Of a stretch of 64,000 nucleotides of DNA, positions 12,201-26,200 are shown piece after piece. Under the pieces are notes generated by a model. The model was not told where the DNA came from. It ran no database searches and worked only from the letters and a program-made list of their open reading frames with translations. This stretch comes from Malacoraja senta (lineage: Eukaryota). The translations under genes were made by a program, and so were the position numbers. Numbering within the stretch: position 1 is the first letter of the stretch; each line of letters starts with the position of its first letter. The DNA is taken from the NCBI GenBank assembly GCA_038087875.1, contig JAXLNO010000620.1, forward strand, positions 186,001 to 250,000, written 5' to 3'.

Positions 12201-15200
12201 CTAGACTTTAACATTTCCACCCTGGGAAAAAGGTTCTGACTATCTCCTCGCACTTTTATGTAATTATATACTTTTATATACTGGCTAGCAAGCAATGAGA
12301 CCCAGAAGAAAGGGCTCGACCCGAAACGTCACCCATTCCTTCTCATCAGAGATGCTGCCTGTCCCGCTGAGTTACTCCAGCATCTTGTGTCTAACTTCGA
12401 TTTAAACAGCATCCGTAGTTCTCTCCAACAAACCGTACCTCGTTACACGTACCTCCTTACACGTGACAACAAAGTAAATTAATTAAACTTTGATAATAAT
12501 CTCCCTTAAACAAGTTGATATTATTTAAACTTCTCACTGGGCGGCCACAGTGGTGCAGCGGTAGAGTTGCTGCCTTACAGCCAGGGGCGGAAATCGCTAT
12601 CAAAACATGGGGGCGACACAATGGGGGAGCGGCTTCTTGATGGCCGGGCGCATGTGCACACACATACACACATACACACAAACACGCAAGGCTTCGGCCT
12701 TGGCTCCTGTGGACGGTAAAATCGGGAGCTGACCTGGTCGGTGACCGACTCCGAACTCCAGCAACAGCAGCTTCGTCCGCCCTGAATCGTGGGGCTTGAA
12801 TCGGCCCGTTCGCGGGGCCTTTCATCGCCCGGCGCGGCTTAAAACCGGCCGGCGGGGGCTTCAACATCGGGAGCCTCGATCGCCTTGATGCAGCAGATTG
12901 ATTTTAAGCCGCGCCGGGCGATGAAAGGCCCTGCGAACGGGACGGTTCAGCCCTTAGAAAGCGTCTGATACCCGCTTGGATCTTTCAAAAGCTACAATGT
13001 GATAAATAACACTTAAACAAATAAAACTGAAGCAAATAAAAGCAAACAGAATAACCAACCTTGGAGGGGGAAAAGGGAGAGCGATGGGAAAAACATACTA
13101 AATAATGTGAGTAACCATGAATGAGGGACTTACCTGCAAGCCAGCCAGGAAACCCGTTCGACCGGATCCCTTAATGACCTAACCCGTTTAAATCCGATAC
13201 CCATCTTTCCCATCCACCAATACATCCAATTAGTTCAAATGGTAATTGTACCCACATCAGACAGCTTTAATAAATTCTCCGTGAATACCTTCAGTAATAC
13301 TTGAAGGTGAAAACACAATTGGTGACACATCGTGTTAATACAATGTTTTTTTTTTTTTATTTTATTTTTTTTTAATTTTTATTTATTAGAAGTACATTAT
13401 ATTACAACCACATACATTAATACTCATCATTTATATCTTCTTACAATTAATGTACTCCCTTTATTTATTTTTTTACACTAGAAAAAGAAAAGATTGAAAG
13501 AGAGAAGAAAGTGAAGGAAAAAGTGCAAGTGTAGAAAAGTGTAGAAAATGTAACAACAAAAAAGGACGAAGACCCTATAAGAGCGAAATTAAAAACAAAA
13601 AGAAAAAGAGTTAAGAAATAGGCCCTAAGAAAAGAAAAGAGAAAGAGAAAAAAAGAGAAACAAATGTTTTTTTTTTTTTGAGCATCACGTAAATAGGACA
13701 TACCAACTCTTCAACTATCACCCCCCCTTACCTGACCTCAATTTTTTATTTTTTTTAAAGTACTTTTGCACCCTATGTTTGTAATAATTCTATAAATGCA
13801 GACCACGTCAGGTGGAAGTGATCTGGTTTACCTGCTAGGAGGAGTCTTATCTCTTCAAGGTGTAATGTTTCAAACATATTTGAAATCCACATATTTATAG
13901 TTGGTGTGTTAATACAATGTTAATAGAGACATTTAACAAGTGCTTAATTATGACACCCCCACTGTCTCGCGGATAGCGGAGATTTTAATCGTTTTTTTTC
14001 ACTGAATTTCAAAATCCGGCTTACAAAACATGGAGGCGATTGTCCCCCACCTCTCAAAACATGGGAGGGACGTGTCACCCGGGATTTCCGCCCATGCTTA
14101 CAGCGCTGGCGGCGCCGGTGGCGCGGGTTTGATCCCGAGTACGGGCGCTGTCTGTATGGAGTTTGTACGTTAACTCTCCCTCTGTCTCCCCAATCCGGGA
14201 CAGCAACTCAGACGAGGAGGACAGACGCAGACGCTCGGCCGTGGAGGGGTTGGCCGTGGCACTCAGGGAGGAGAGGTGAATGGAAGTCACGCGTTGGGTC
14301 CGTGCTGCGTGACTGTCACACGCGTGTGAAAGGACATTGGCCACACGGATGTACAGGGTCACACACAGCTCAGGGTCACGCATGTGTTTTGTGACTGGAC
14401 GAAGCTGGAAAGGGTGCAGAGAAGATTTAGTGCCGTAGAGTGATACAGTGTGGTAACAGGCCCTTCAGCCCAACTTGCCCACACCGGGCAACATGTCCCA
14501 GCTACACTAGTCCCACCTGCCTGCGCTTGGTCCATATCCCTCCAAATCTGTCCTATCCATGTACCTGTCTAACTGATTCTTATACGTTGGGATAGTCCCA
14601 GCCTCTGGCAGCTTGTTCTATACATCCACCACCCCTTGTGTGAAAAAGTTACCCCTCAGATTCCTATCAAATCTTTTCCGCTTCGCCTTGAACCTACAGT
14701 ATGTCCTCTGGTCCGCGATTCCCCTATTCTGAGCAAGAGATTCTGTTCGTCTACCCGAGCTATTCCTCTCATCATTTTATACACCTCTCTAAGATCACCC
14801 CTCATCCTCCTGCGCTCCAAGAAATAGAGACCCAGCCTACTCAACCTCTCCTTCTAGATCAGACCCTCTAGTCCTGGGGATTTAATCACCTCGATGATCT
14901 TCAAGAGCCCAACGCCTACTATTGATGGCAAGCTGCTGAATGTGTGTGGACTGTATCTCCCAGCGGTCCCGTCCCTGCTCCGTACACTCTCTAACTCTGT
15001 CTCTTTCCATTCAGAGGCCGGGACAGACACGGAGGACTGAGGGTGAAACGTTCATCCAGCATGTGAGTGAGGTGGGCCCAGTCTGGAGGGGTGTGAACGG
15101 ACAGAGAGGGGTTGGGGGTGCGAGAGAGGGGAGGGGGCAGAGAGGGTGCGGTGAGGGGTGCGGGGGTGGGACAGGGAGGCGGGAGAGGTGGAGATTTCAA

Positions 15201-17250
15201 GTGAGGGGCCGCTGGAGGACGAACGTTCCCTAATTCTTTGTCTCCTTCCCCGTCTGGGACAGAAGTACCAGTGTAGATGCGTCAGATGTGTTGGGGTGAG
15301 TGTGAGCTGGGACGTTGTGTGTGTGTGTGTGTGTGTGCGACCGGGGTGGGCAATGGATACAAGGTACCACAGTGTCATCCAACGTAGAACAGTACAGCAC
15401 GGGAACAGGCCCTTCGGCCCACCATGTCCGTGCTGAACACGATGCCAAGTTCATCTCTGCCTGCACGTGATCCATATCCCTCCATTCCCTGCATATCCAT
15501 GTGCCTATCACAAAGCCTCTTAAATGCCTCTATCATATCCACCTCCACCACCACCCCTGGCAGCACTTTCCACGCTCTCAGCACCCTCTGTGTAAGAACA
15601 ATCTGCCCACACATCTCCTTTAAACTTTTCCCCTCTCACCTTAAAACTCTGCACTCTAGACTTTAACAATTCCACCCTGGGAAAAAGGGTTTGACTATCT
15701 CCTCCCACTTTCATGTAATTATATACTTTTATATACTGGTTAGCAAGCAATGTGCTTTGGGACTGGACGAAGCTGGAAAGGGTGAAGATAAGATTTATTG
15801 CCGTAGAGTGATACAGTGTGGTAACAGGCCCTTCAGCCCAACTTGCCCACACCGGCCAACATGTCCCAGCTACACTAGTCCCACCTGCCTGCGCTTGGTC
15901 CATATCCCTCCAAACCTGTCCTATCCATGTACCTGTCTAACTGTTTCTTAAACGGTGGGATAGTCCCAGCCTCAACTACATCCTCTGGCAGCCTGTTGCA
16001 TACATCCACCACACATTGTGTGAAAAAGTTACCCCTCAGATTCCTATTAAATCTTTTCCCCTTCATCTTGAACCTACAGTATGTCCTCTGGTCCTCGATT
16101 CCCCTACTCTGGGCAAGAGACTCTGTGCGTCTACCCGATCTATTCCGCTCATGATTTTATACACCTCTATAAGATCTCCCCTCATCCTCCTGCGCTCCAA
16201 GGAATAGAGACCCAGCCTACTCAACCTCTCCCTCTAAATCAGACGCCCTAGTCCTGGGCATTTAATCACCTCGATACTCTTCAAGAGCCCAACGCCTACT
16301 ATTGATGGCAAGCTGCTGAATGTGTGTGGACTGTATCTCCCAGCGGTCCCGAAGCTGGAAAGGGTGAAGAGAAGATTTTGTGGCGCAGAGCGATACAGTG
16401 TGGAAACAGTCTCTTCGTCCCAACTTGCCCAGATTTGGTCTCAGAATTCATTCACGTACCTTTAGGAAGGAGATGAGGAGTAGATTCTTTAATCAGAGGG
16501 TGTTGAATCTGTGGAATTCTTTGCCACAGAAGGGTTTGGAGGCCGTCAGTGGATGTATTTAATGCAATGACAGATAGTTTCTTGATTATAATGGGTGTCA
16601 GGGGTTATTGGGAGAAGGCAGGAGAATGGGGTCGAGAAAGATAGATCAGCCATGATTGAATGTTTGAATCAACCTGATGGGCCGAATGGCCTAATTCTGC
16701 TCCTATCACTTATGATCTTATTAACTAGAGGGCATAAGATTAAGGTTGACACAAAATGCTGGAGTAACTCAGCGGGTGAGGCAGCATCACTGGAGGGAAG
16801 GAATGGGCGATGTTTCGGGTCGAGACCCTTCTTCAGACAAAAGATTAAGATGAGAGGGGAAGGATTTAATAGAAGCCTGAGGGGCATGTGAGGGTCCAGC
16901 AATCACGTCTGTCTCCTGTCCCACCATTCTCCCTCCTCTATTTACTCTGACTATCCCCCCCCCCCCCTCTTCACACTCAGTCCTGAGGCAGGGCCTCGAC
17001 CGGAAACATCGACCATTCCCTTCGATGGTGGGGAGGTGAGTGTCCGTGATGGACCGGGCATTGTCTCACCCTCTGTGTAGTCTCCCTCGTTGTTGGGTGT
17101 TCCAGTCCACGAGTCGGGGGGAGGGGGGGGGGAGTGGGCTGGCGAATCCGAGTGACGAACGTTCCCTAATTCTTTGTTTCCTTCCCCGTCTGGGACAGGA
17201 GTGCCAGTAACGAAACGTCAGATGCGTCTAGGTGAGTGTGAGCTGGGACA

Positions 17251-17288
<38 letters not shown>

Positions 17289-20200
17289 CCGGGGTGGGAA
17301 TGGACACAAGGTACCGCAGTGTCATGCAATGTAGAACAGTACAGCACGGGAACAGGCCCTTCAGCCCACCATGTTCGTGCTGAACATGATGCCAATTTCA
17401 TCTCCTCTGCCTGCACGTGATCCATATCCCTCCATTCCCTGCATTCCCTGCATATCAATAGACAATAGACAAAAGGTGCAGTAGTAGGCCATTCGGCCCT
17501 TCGAGCCAGCACCTCTATTCAATGTGATCATGGTTGATCATCCACAAATAGTACCCCGTTCCTGCCTTCTCCCCATATCCCCTTACTCCGCTATCTTTAG
17601 GAGCCCTATCTAGCTCTCTTTTGAAAGTATCCAGGGAACCGGCCTCCACCGCACTCGGAGGCAGAGAATTCCACAGACTCACAACTCTGTGTGAAAAAGT
17701 GTTTCGTCATCTCCGGTCTAAATGGCTTATCCCTTATTCTGAAACTATGGCCCCTGGTTCTGGACTCCCCCAACATCGGGAACATGTTTCCTGCCTCTAG
17801 CGTGTCCAAACCCTTAATAATCTTATATGTTTCAATAAGAACCCCTCTCATCCTTCTAAACTCCAGAGTATACAAGCCCAGCCGCTCCATTCTCTCAGCA
17901 TATGACAGTCCCGCCATCCAGGGAATTAACCTTGTAAACCTACGCTGCACTCCCTCAATAGCAAGAATGTCCTTCCTCAAATTAGGGGACCAAAGCTGTG
18001 CACAATACTCTAGGTGTGATCTCACAAGGGCCCTACACAACTGCAAAAGGACCTCTTTGCTCCGATACTCATCTCCTCTTGATATGAAGGCCAAGATGTC
18101 ATTCGCTTTCCTCACTGCCTGCTGTACCTGCATGCTTACTTTCATTGGCTGATGAACAAGGACCCCCCAGATCTCGTTGTACTTCCCCTTTTCCCAACTT
18201 GACGCCATTTAGATAATAATCTGCCTTCCTGTTTTTGATACCAAAGTGGATAACCTCACATTTATCCACATTAAACTGCATCTGCCATGCATCTGCCCAC
18301 TCCCCCAACCTGTTCAAGTCACCCTGCATTCTCATAGCATCCTCCTCACAGTTCACACTGCCACCCAGCTTTGTGTCATCTGCAAATTTGCTCATGTTAC
18401 TTTGAATTCCTTCATTTAAATCAGTGATGAATATTGTAAATAGCTGTGGTCCCAGCACCAAGCCTTGCGGTACCCCACTAGTCACTGCCTGCCATTCTGA
18501 AGGGGACCCGTTAATCCCTACTCTTTATTTCCTGTCTGCCAACCAATTTTCTATCCATGTCGGCACCCTACCCCCAATACCATGTGCCCTAATTTTGCCC
18601 GCTAATCTCCTATGTGGGACCTTATCAAATGCTTTCTGAAAGTCCAGGTACACTACATCTACTGACTCTCCCTTGTCCATTTTCCTAGTTACATCCTTAA
18701 AAAATTCCAGAAGATTAATCAAGCATGATTTCCCCTTCGTAAATCCATGCTGACTCAGACCGATCCGGTTACTGCTATTCAAATATTTTATAACACGTAT
18801 CCATGTGCCTATCTCAAAGCCTCTGAAATGCCTCTATCATATCCTCCTCCACCACCACCCCTGGCAGCACATTCCACGCATTCAGCACCCTCTGTGTAAG
18901 AACAATCTGCCCACAAATCTCCTTTAAACTTTTCCCCTCTCACCTTAAAACTCTGCACTCTAGACTTTAACATTTCCACCCTGAGAAAAAGGTTCTGACT
19001 ATCTCCTCGCACTTTTATGTAATTATATACTTTTATATACTGGCTAGCAAGCAATGAGACCCTGAAGAAGGGCCTCGACCTGAAACGTCACCCATTCCTT
19101 CTCTCCAGAGATGCTGCCTGTCCCGCTGAGTTACTCCAGCATCTTGTGCCTAACTTCGATTTAAACAGCATCCGTTGTTCTCTCCTACAAACCGTACCTT
19201 GTTACACGTGCCTCCTTACACGTGACAATAAAGTAAAATTAATTAAACTTTGATATTAATCTGCCTTAAACAAGTTGATATTATTTAAACTTCTCACTGG
19301 GCGGCCACAGTGGTGCAGCGGTAGAGTTGCTGCCTTACAGCCAGGGGCGGAAATCGCTATCAAAACATGGGGTGGGGGACATAATGGGGGGGGCGGCTTC
19401 TTGATGGCCGGGCGCATGCGCACACACATGCGCACATACACACAAACACGCACGGCTTCGGCCGTGGGTCCTGTGGACGGTAACATTGGGAGCTGACCTG
19501 GTTGGTGACCGAACCCGAACTCCAGCAACAGCAGCTTCGTCCGCCCTGAATCGTGGGGCTTGAATCGGCCCGTTCGCGGGGCCTTTCATCGCCCGGCGCG
19601 GCTTAAAACTGGCATGCGGGGGCTTCAACATTGGGAGCCTCGATCGCCTTGATGCAGCAGTTTGATTTTAAGCCACGCCGGGCGATGAAAGGCCCCGTGA
19701 ACGGGCCGATTCAGCCCTTAGAAAGCGTCTGATACCCGCTTGGATCTTTCAAAAGCTACAATGTGATAAATAACAGATAAACAAATAAAACTAAAGCAAA
19801 TAAAAGCAAACAGAAGAACCAACCTTGGAGGGGGGAAAGAGAGAGCGATGGGAAAAACATACTAAATAACGTGAGTAACCGTGAATGAGGGACTTACCTG
19901 CAAGCCAGCCAGGACACCCGTTCGACCGGATCGCTTAATGACCTAACCCGTTTAAATCCGATACCCATTTAAATCTTTCCCATCCACCAATACATCCAAT
20001 TAGTTCAAATGGAAATTTTACCCGCATCAGACAGCTTTAATAAATTCTCCGTGAATACCTTCAGTAATACTTTAAGGTGAAAACATAATTGGTGACACAT
20101 CGTGTTAATACAATGTTAATAGAGACATTTAACAAGCGGTTAAAAGTGACACCCTCACTGTCTCGCGGAAAGAAGAGATTTTAATAGATTTTTTTTCACC

Positions 20201-23200
20201 GAATTTCAAAATCCGGCTTACAAAAATGGGGGGGATTGTCCCCCACCTCTCAAAACATGGGAGGGACGTGTCCCCCGGGATTTCCGCCCATGCTTACAGT
20301 GCTTGCGGCGCCGGTGACCAGAGTTTGATCCCGACTACGGGCGCTGTCTGTACGGAGTTGACGTACGTTAACTCTCCCTCTGTCTCCCCACTCAGTGACA
20401 GCAACTCAGACGAGGAGGACAGACGCAGACGCTCGGCCGTGGAGGGGTTAGCCGGGGCACTTATGGAGGAGGGGTGAGTGGAAGTGACGCGCTGGGTCCG
20501 TGCTGTATGACTCTTTCACACGCGTGTGAAAGGACATTGGCCACACGGATGTTCAGGGTCACACACAGCTCAGGGTCACGCGTGTGTTTTGGGACTGGAC
20601 GAAGCTGGAAAGGGTGCAGAGAAGATTTAGTGCCGTAGAGTGATACAGTGTGGTAACAGGCCCTTCAGCCCAAATTTCCCACACCGGCCAACATGCCCCA
20701 GCTACACTAGCCCCACCTCCTGCGCTTGGTCCATATCCCTCCAAATCTGACCTATCCATGTACCTGTCTAACTGATTCTTATACATTGGGATAGTCCCAG
20801 CCTCTGGCAGCTTGTTCCATACATCCACCACCCTTTGTGTGAAAAAGCTACCCCTCAGATTCCTATCAAATCTTTTCCGCTTCGCCTTGAACCTACATAA
20901 TGTCCTCTGGTCCGCGATTCCACTATTCTGAGCAAGAGATTCTGTTTGTCTACCCGAGCTATTCCTCTCATCATTTTATACACCTCTCTAAGATCACCCC
21001 TCATCCTCCTGCGCTCCAAGAAATAGAGACCCAGCCTACTCAACCTCTCCCTCTAGATCAGACCCTCTAGTCCTGGGGATGTAATCACCTCGATGATCTT
21101 CAAGAGCCCAACGCCTACTATTGATGGCAAGCTGCTGAATGTGTGTGGACTGTATCTCCCAGCAGTCCCGTCCCTGCTCCGTACATTCTCTAACTCTGTC
21201 TCTTTCCGTTCAGAGGCCGGCGCGGACACGGAGGACTGAGGGTGAAACGTTCATCCAGCATGTGAGTGAGGTGGGCCCAGTCTGGGGGGGTGTGAACGGA
21301 CAGAGAGGGGTTGGGGGTGGGAGAGAGGGGAGGGGGCAGAGAGGATGCGGTGAGGGGTGCGGGGGTGGGAGGCGGGAGAGGTGAGGATTTCAAGTGAGGG
21401 GCTGCTGGAGGACGAACGTTCCCTAATTCTTTGTCTCCTTCCCCGTCTGGGACAGAAGTACCAGTGTAGATGCGTCAGATGTGTTGGGGTGAGTGTGAGC
21501 TGGGACCTTGTGTGTGTGTGTGTGTGTGCGACCGGGGTGGGCAATGGACACAAGGTACCGCAGTGTCATCCAACGTAGAACAGTACAGCACGGGAACAGG
21601 CCCTTCGGCCCACCATGTCCGTGCTGAACACGATGCCAAGTTCATCTCCTCTGCCTGCACGTGATCCATATCCCTCCATTCCCTGCATATTCATGTGCCT
21701 ATCACAAAGCCTCTTAAATGCCTCTATCAAAGCCACCTCCACCACCACCCCTGGCAGCACATTCCACGCTCTCAGCACCCTCTGTGTAAGAACAATCTGC
21801 CCACACATCTCCTTTAAACTTTTCCCCTCTCACCTTAAAACTCTGCACTCTAGACTTTAACAATTCAACCCTGGGAAAAAGGGTTTGACTATTTCCTCCC
21901 ACTTTCATGTAATTATATACTTTTATATACTGGTTAGCAAGCAATGTGTTTTGGGACTGGACGAAGCTGGAAAGGGTGAAGAGAAGATTTATTGCCGTAG
22001 AGTGTTACAGTGTGGTAACAGGCCCATCAGCCCAACTTGCCCACACCGGCCAACATGTCCCAGCTACACTAGTCCCACCTACAGTATGTCCTCTGGTCCG
22101 CGATTCCCCTATTCTGAGCAAGAGATTCTGTTCGTCTACCCGAGCTATTCCTCTCATGATTTTATACACCTCTCTAAGATCACCCCTCATCCTCATGCGC
22201 TCCAAGGAATAGAGACCCAGCCTACTCAACCTCTCCCTCTAAATCAGACCCCCTAGTCCTGGGGATTTAATCACCTCGATACTCTTCAAGAGCCCAACGC
22301 CTACTATTGATGGCAAGCTGCTGAATGTGTGTGGACTGTATCTCCCAGCGCTCCCGAAGCTGGAAAGTGTGGAGAGAAGATTTTGTGGCGCAGAGCGATA
22401 CAGTGTGGTAACAGGATCTTCGGCCCAAGTTGCCCAGATTTGGTCTCAGAATTCATTCACGTAACTTTAGGAAGGAGATGAGGAGTAGATTCTTTAATCA
22501 GAGGGTGTTGAATCTGTGGAATTCTTTGCCACAGAAGGCTTTGGAGGGACGTCAGTGGATGTATTTAATGCAGTGACAGATAGTTTCTTGATTATAATGG
22601 TGTCAGGCGTTATTGGGAGAAGGCAGGAGAATGTGGTTGAGAAAGATAGATCAGCCATGATTGAATGCTTGGATCAACCTGATGGGCCGAATGGCCTAAT
22701 TCTGCTCCTATCACTTATGATCTTATTAACTAGAGGGCATAAGATTAAGGTTGACACAAAATGCTGGAGTAACTCAGCGGGTGAGGCAGCATCTCTGGAG
22801 GGAAGGAATGGGCGATGTTTCGTGTCGAGACCTTTCTTCAGACAAAAGATTAAAATGAGAGGGGAAGGATTTAATAGAAGCCTGAGGGGCAACCGAGGGT
22901 CCAGCAATCACGTCTGTCTCCTGTCCCACCCCTCTCCCTCCTCTATTTACTCTGATTATCCCCCCCCCCCACTTCACACTCACTCCTGAGGCAGGCCCTC
23001 GACCGGAAACATCGACCATTCACTTCGATGGTGGGGAGGTGAGTGTCCGTGATGGACCGGGCATTGTCTCACCCTCTGTGTAGTCTCCCTCGTTGATGGG
23101 CGTTCCAGTCCACGAGTCGGGGGGGGGGGGGGGGGGAGTGGGCTGTGGAATCCGAGTGACAAACGTTCCCTAATTCTTTGTTTCCTTCCCCGTCTGGGCA

Positions 23201-26200
23201 GGAGTGCCAGTAACGAAACGTCAGATGCGTCTAGGTGAGTGTGAGCTGGGACATCGTGTGTGTGTGTGTGTGTGACCGGGGTGGGAATGGACACAAGGTA
23301 CCGCAGTGTCATGCAACGTAGAACAGTACAGCCCGGGAACAGGCCCTTCAGCCCACCATGTCCGTGCTGAACATGGTGCCAATTTCATCTCCTCTGCCTG
23401 AACGTGATCCATATCCCTCCATTCCCTGCATTCCCTGCATATCAATAGACAATAGACAATAGGTGCAGTAGTAGGCCATTCGGCCCTTTGAGCCAGCACC
23501 TCTATTCAATGTGATCATGGTTGATCATCCACAATTAGTATCCCGTTCCTGCCTTCTCCCCATATCCCCTGACTCCGCTATCTTTAAGAGCCCTATCTAG
23601 CTCTCTTTTGAAAGTATCCAGGGAACGGGTCTCCACCGCCCTCGGAGGCAGAGAATTCCACAGACTCACAACTCTGTGTGAAAAAGTGTTTCCTCATCTC
23701 TGGTCTAAATGGCTTATCCCTTATTCTGAAACTGTGGCCCTTGCTTCTGGACTCCCCCAACATCGGGAACATGTTTCCTGCCTCTAGCGTGTCCAAACCC
23801 TTAATAATCTTATCGGTTTCAATAAGATCCTCTCTCATCCTTTTAAACTCCAGAGTATAGAAGCCCAGCCGCTCCATTCTCTCAGCATATGGCAGTCCCG
23901 CCATACAGGGAATTAACCTTGTAAACCTACGCTGCACTCCCTCAATAGCAAGAATGTCCTTCCTCAAATTAGGGGACCAAAACTGCACACAATACTCTAG
24001 GTGTGATCTCACAAGGGCCCTACACAACTGCAGAAGGACCTCTTTGCTCTGATATTCATCTCCTCTTGTTATGAAGGCCAAGATGTCATTCGCTTTCCTC
24101 ACTGCCTGCTGTACCTGCATGCTTACTTTCATTGGCTGATGAACAAGGACCCCCAGATCTCGTTGTACTTCTCCTTTTCCCAACTTGACGCCATTTAGAT
24201 AATATTCTGCCTTCCTGTTTTTGATACCAAAGTGGATAACCTCACATTTATCCACATTAAACTGCATCTGCCATGCACCTGCTCACTCACCCAACCTGTT
24301 CAAGTCACCCTGCATTCTCATAGCATCCTCCTCACAGTTCACACTGCCACCCAGCTGTGTGTCATCTGCAAATTTGCTCATGTTACTTTGAATTCCTTCA
24401 TTTAAATCATTGATGAATATTGTAAACAGCTGCGGTCCCAGCACCAAGCCTTGTGGTACCCCACTAGTCACTGCCTGCCATTCTGAAAGGGACCCGTTAA
24501 TCCCTACACTTTATTTCCTGTCTGCCAACCAATTTTCTATCCATGTCAGCACTCTACCCCCAATACCATGTGCCCTAATTTTGCCCACTAATCTCCTATG
24601 TGGGACCTTATCAAATGCTTTCTGAAAGTCCAGGTACACTACATCCACTGGCTCTCCCTTGTCCATTTTCCAAGTTACATCCCCCAAAAATTCCAGAAGA
24701 TTAATCAAGCATGATTTCCCCTTCATAAATCCATGCTGACTCAGACCGATCCTGTTACTGCTATTCAAATATTTTATAACACGTATCCATGTGCCTATCT
24801 CAAAGCCTCTGAAATGCCTCTATCATATCCACCTCCACCACCACCCCTGGCAGCACATTCCACGCATTCAGCACCCTCTGTGTAAGAACAATCTGCCCAC
24901 AAATCTCCTTTAAACTTTTCCCCTCTCACCTTAAAACTCTGCACTCTAGACTTTAACATTTCCACCCTGAGAAAAAGGTTCTGACTATCTCCTCGCACTT
25001 TTATGTAATTATATACTTTTATATACTGGCTAGCAAGCAATGAGACGCTGAAGAAGGGCCTCGACCTGAAACGTCACCCATTCCTTCTCTCCAGAGATGC
25101 TGCCTGTCCCGCTGAGTTACTCCAGCATCTTGTGCCTAACTTCGATTTAAACAGCATCCGTTGTTCTCTCCTACAAACCGTACCTTGTTACACGTACCTC
25201 CTTACACGTGACAATAAAGTTAATTTATTACACTTTGATATTAATCTCCCTTAAACAAGTTGATATTATTTAAACTTCTCACTGGGCGGCCACAGTGGTG
25301 CAGCGGTAGAGTTGCTGCCTTACAGCCAGGGGCGGAAATCGCTATCAAAACATGGGGTGGGGGACACAATGCGGGGGCGGCTTCTTGATGGCCGGGCGCA
25401 TGCGCACACACATACACACAAACACGCACGGCTTCGGCCGTGGGTCCTGTGGACGGTAACATTGGGACCTGACCTGGTTGGTGACCGAATCCGAACTCCA
25501 GCAACAGCAGCTTCGTCCGCCCTGAATCGTGGGGCTTGAATCGGCCCGTTCGCGGGGCCTTTCATCGCCCGGCGCGGCTTAAAACCGGCATGCGGGGGCT
25601 TCAACATTGGGAGCCTCGATCGCCTTAATGCAGCAGTTTGATTTTAAGCCGCGCCGGGCGATGAAAGGCCCCGTGAACGGGCCGATTCAGCCCTTAGAAA
25701 GCGTCTGATACCCGCTTGGATCTTTCAAAAGCTACAATGTGATAAATAACAGTTAAACAAATAAAACTGAAGCAAATAAAAGCAAACAGAAGAACCAACC
25801 TTGGAGGGGGAAAGAGAGAGCGATGGGAAAAACATACTAAATAACGTGAGTAACCGTGAATGAGGGACTTACCTGCAAGCCAGCCAGGACACCCGTTCGA
25901 CCGGATCCCTTAATGACCTAACCCGTTTAAATCCGATACCCATTTAAATCTGTCCCATCCACCAATACATCCAATTAGTTCAAATGGAAATTTTACCCGC
26001 ATCAGACAGCTTTAATAAATTCTCCGTGAATACCTTCAGTAATACCTGAAGGTGAAAACATAATTGGTGACACATCGTGTTAATACAATGTTAATAGAGA
26101 CATTTAACAAGCGGTTAAAATGACACCCTCACTGTCTCGCGGAAAGCAGAAATTTTAATAGATTTTTTTTTACCGAATTTCAAAATCCGGCTTACAAAAC

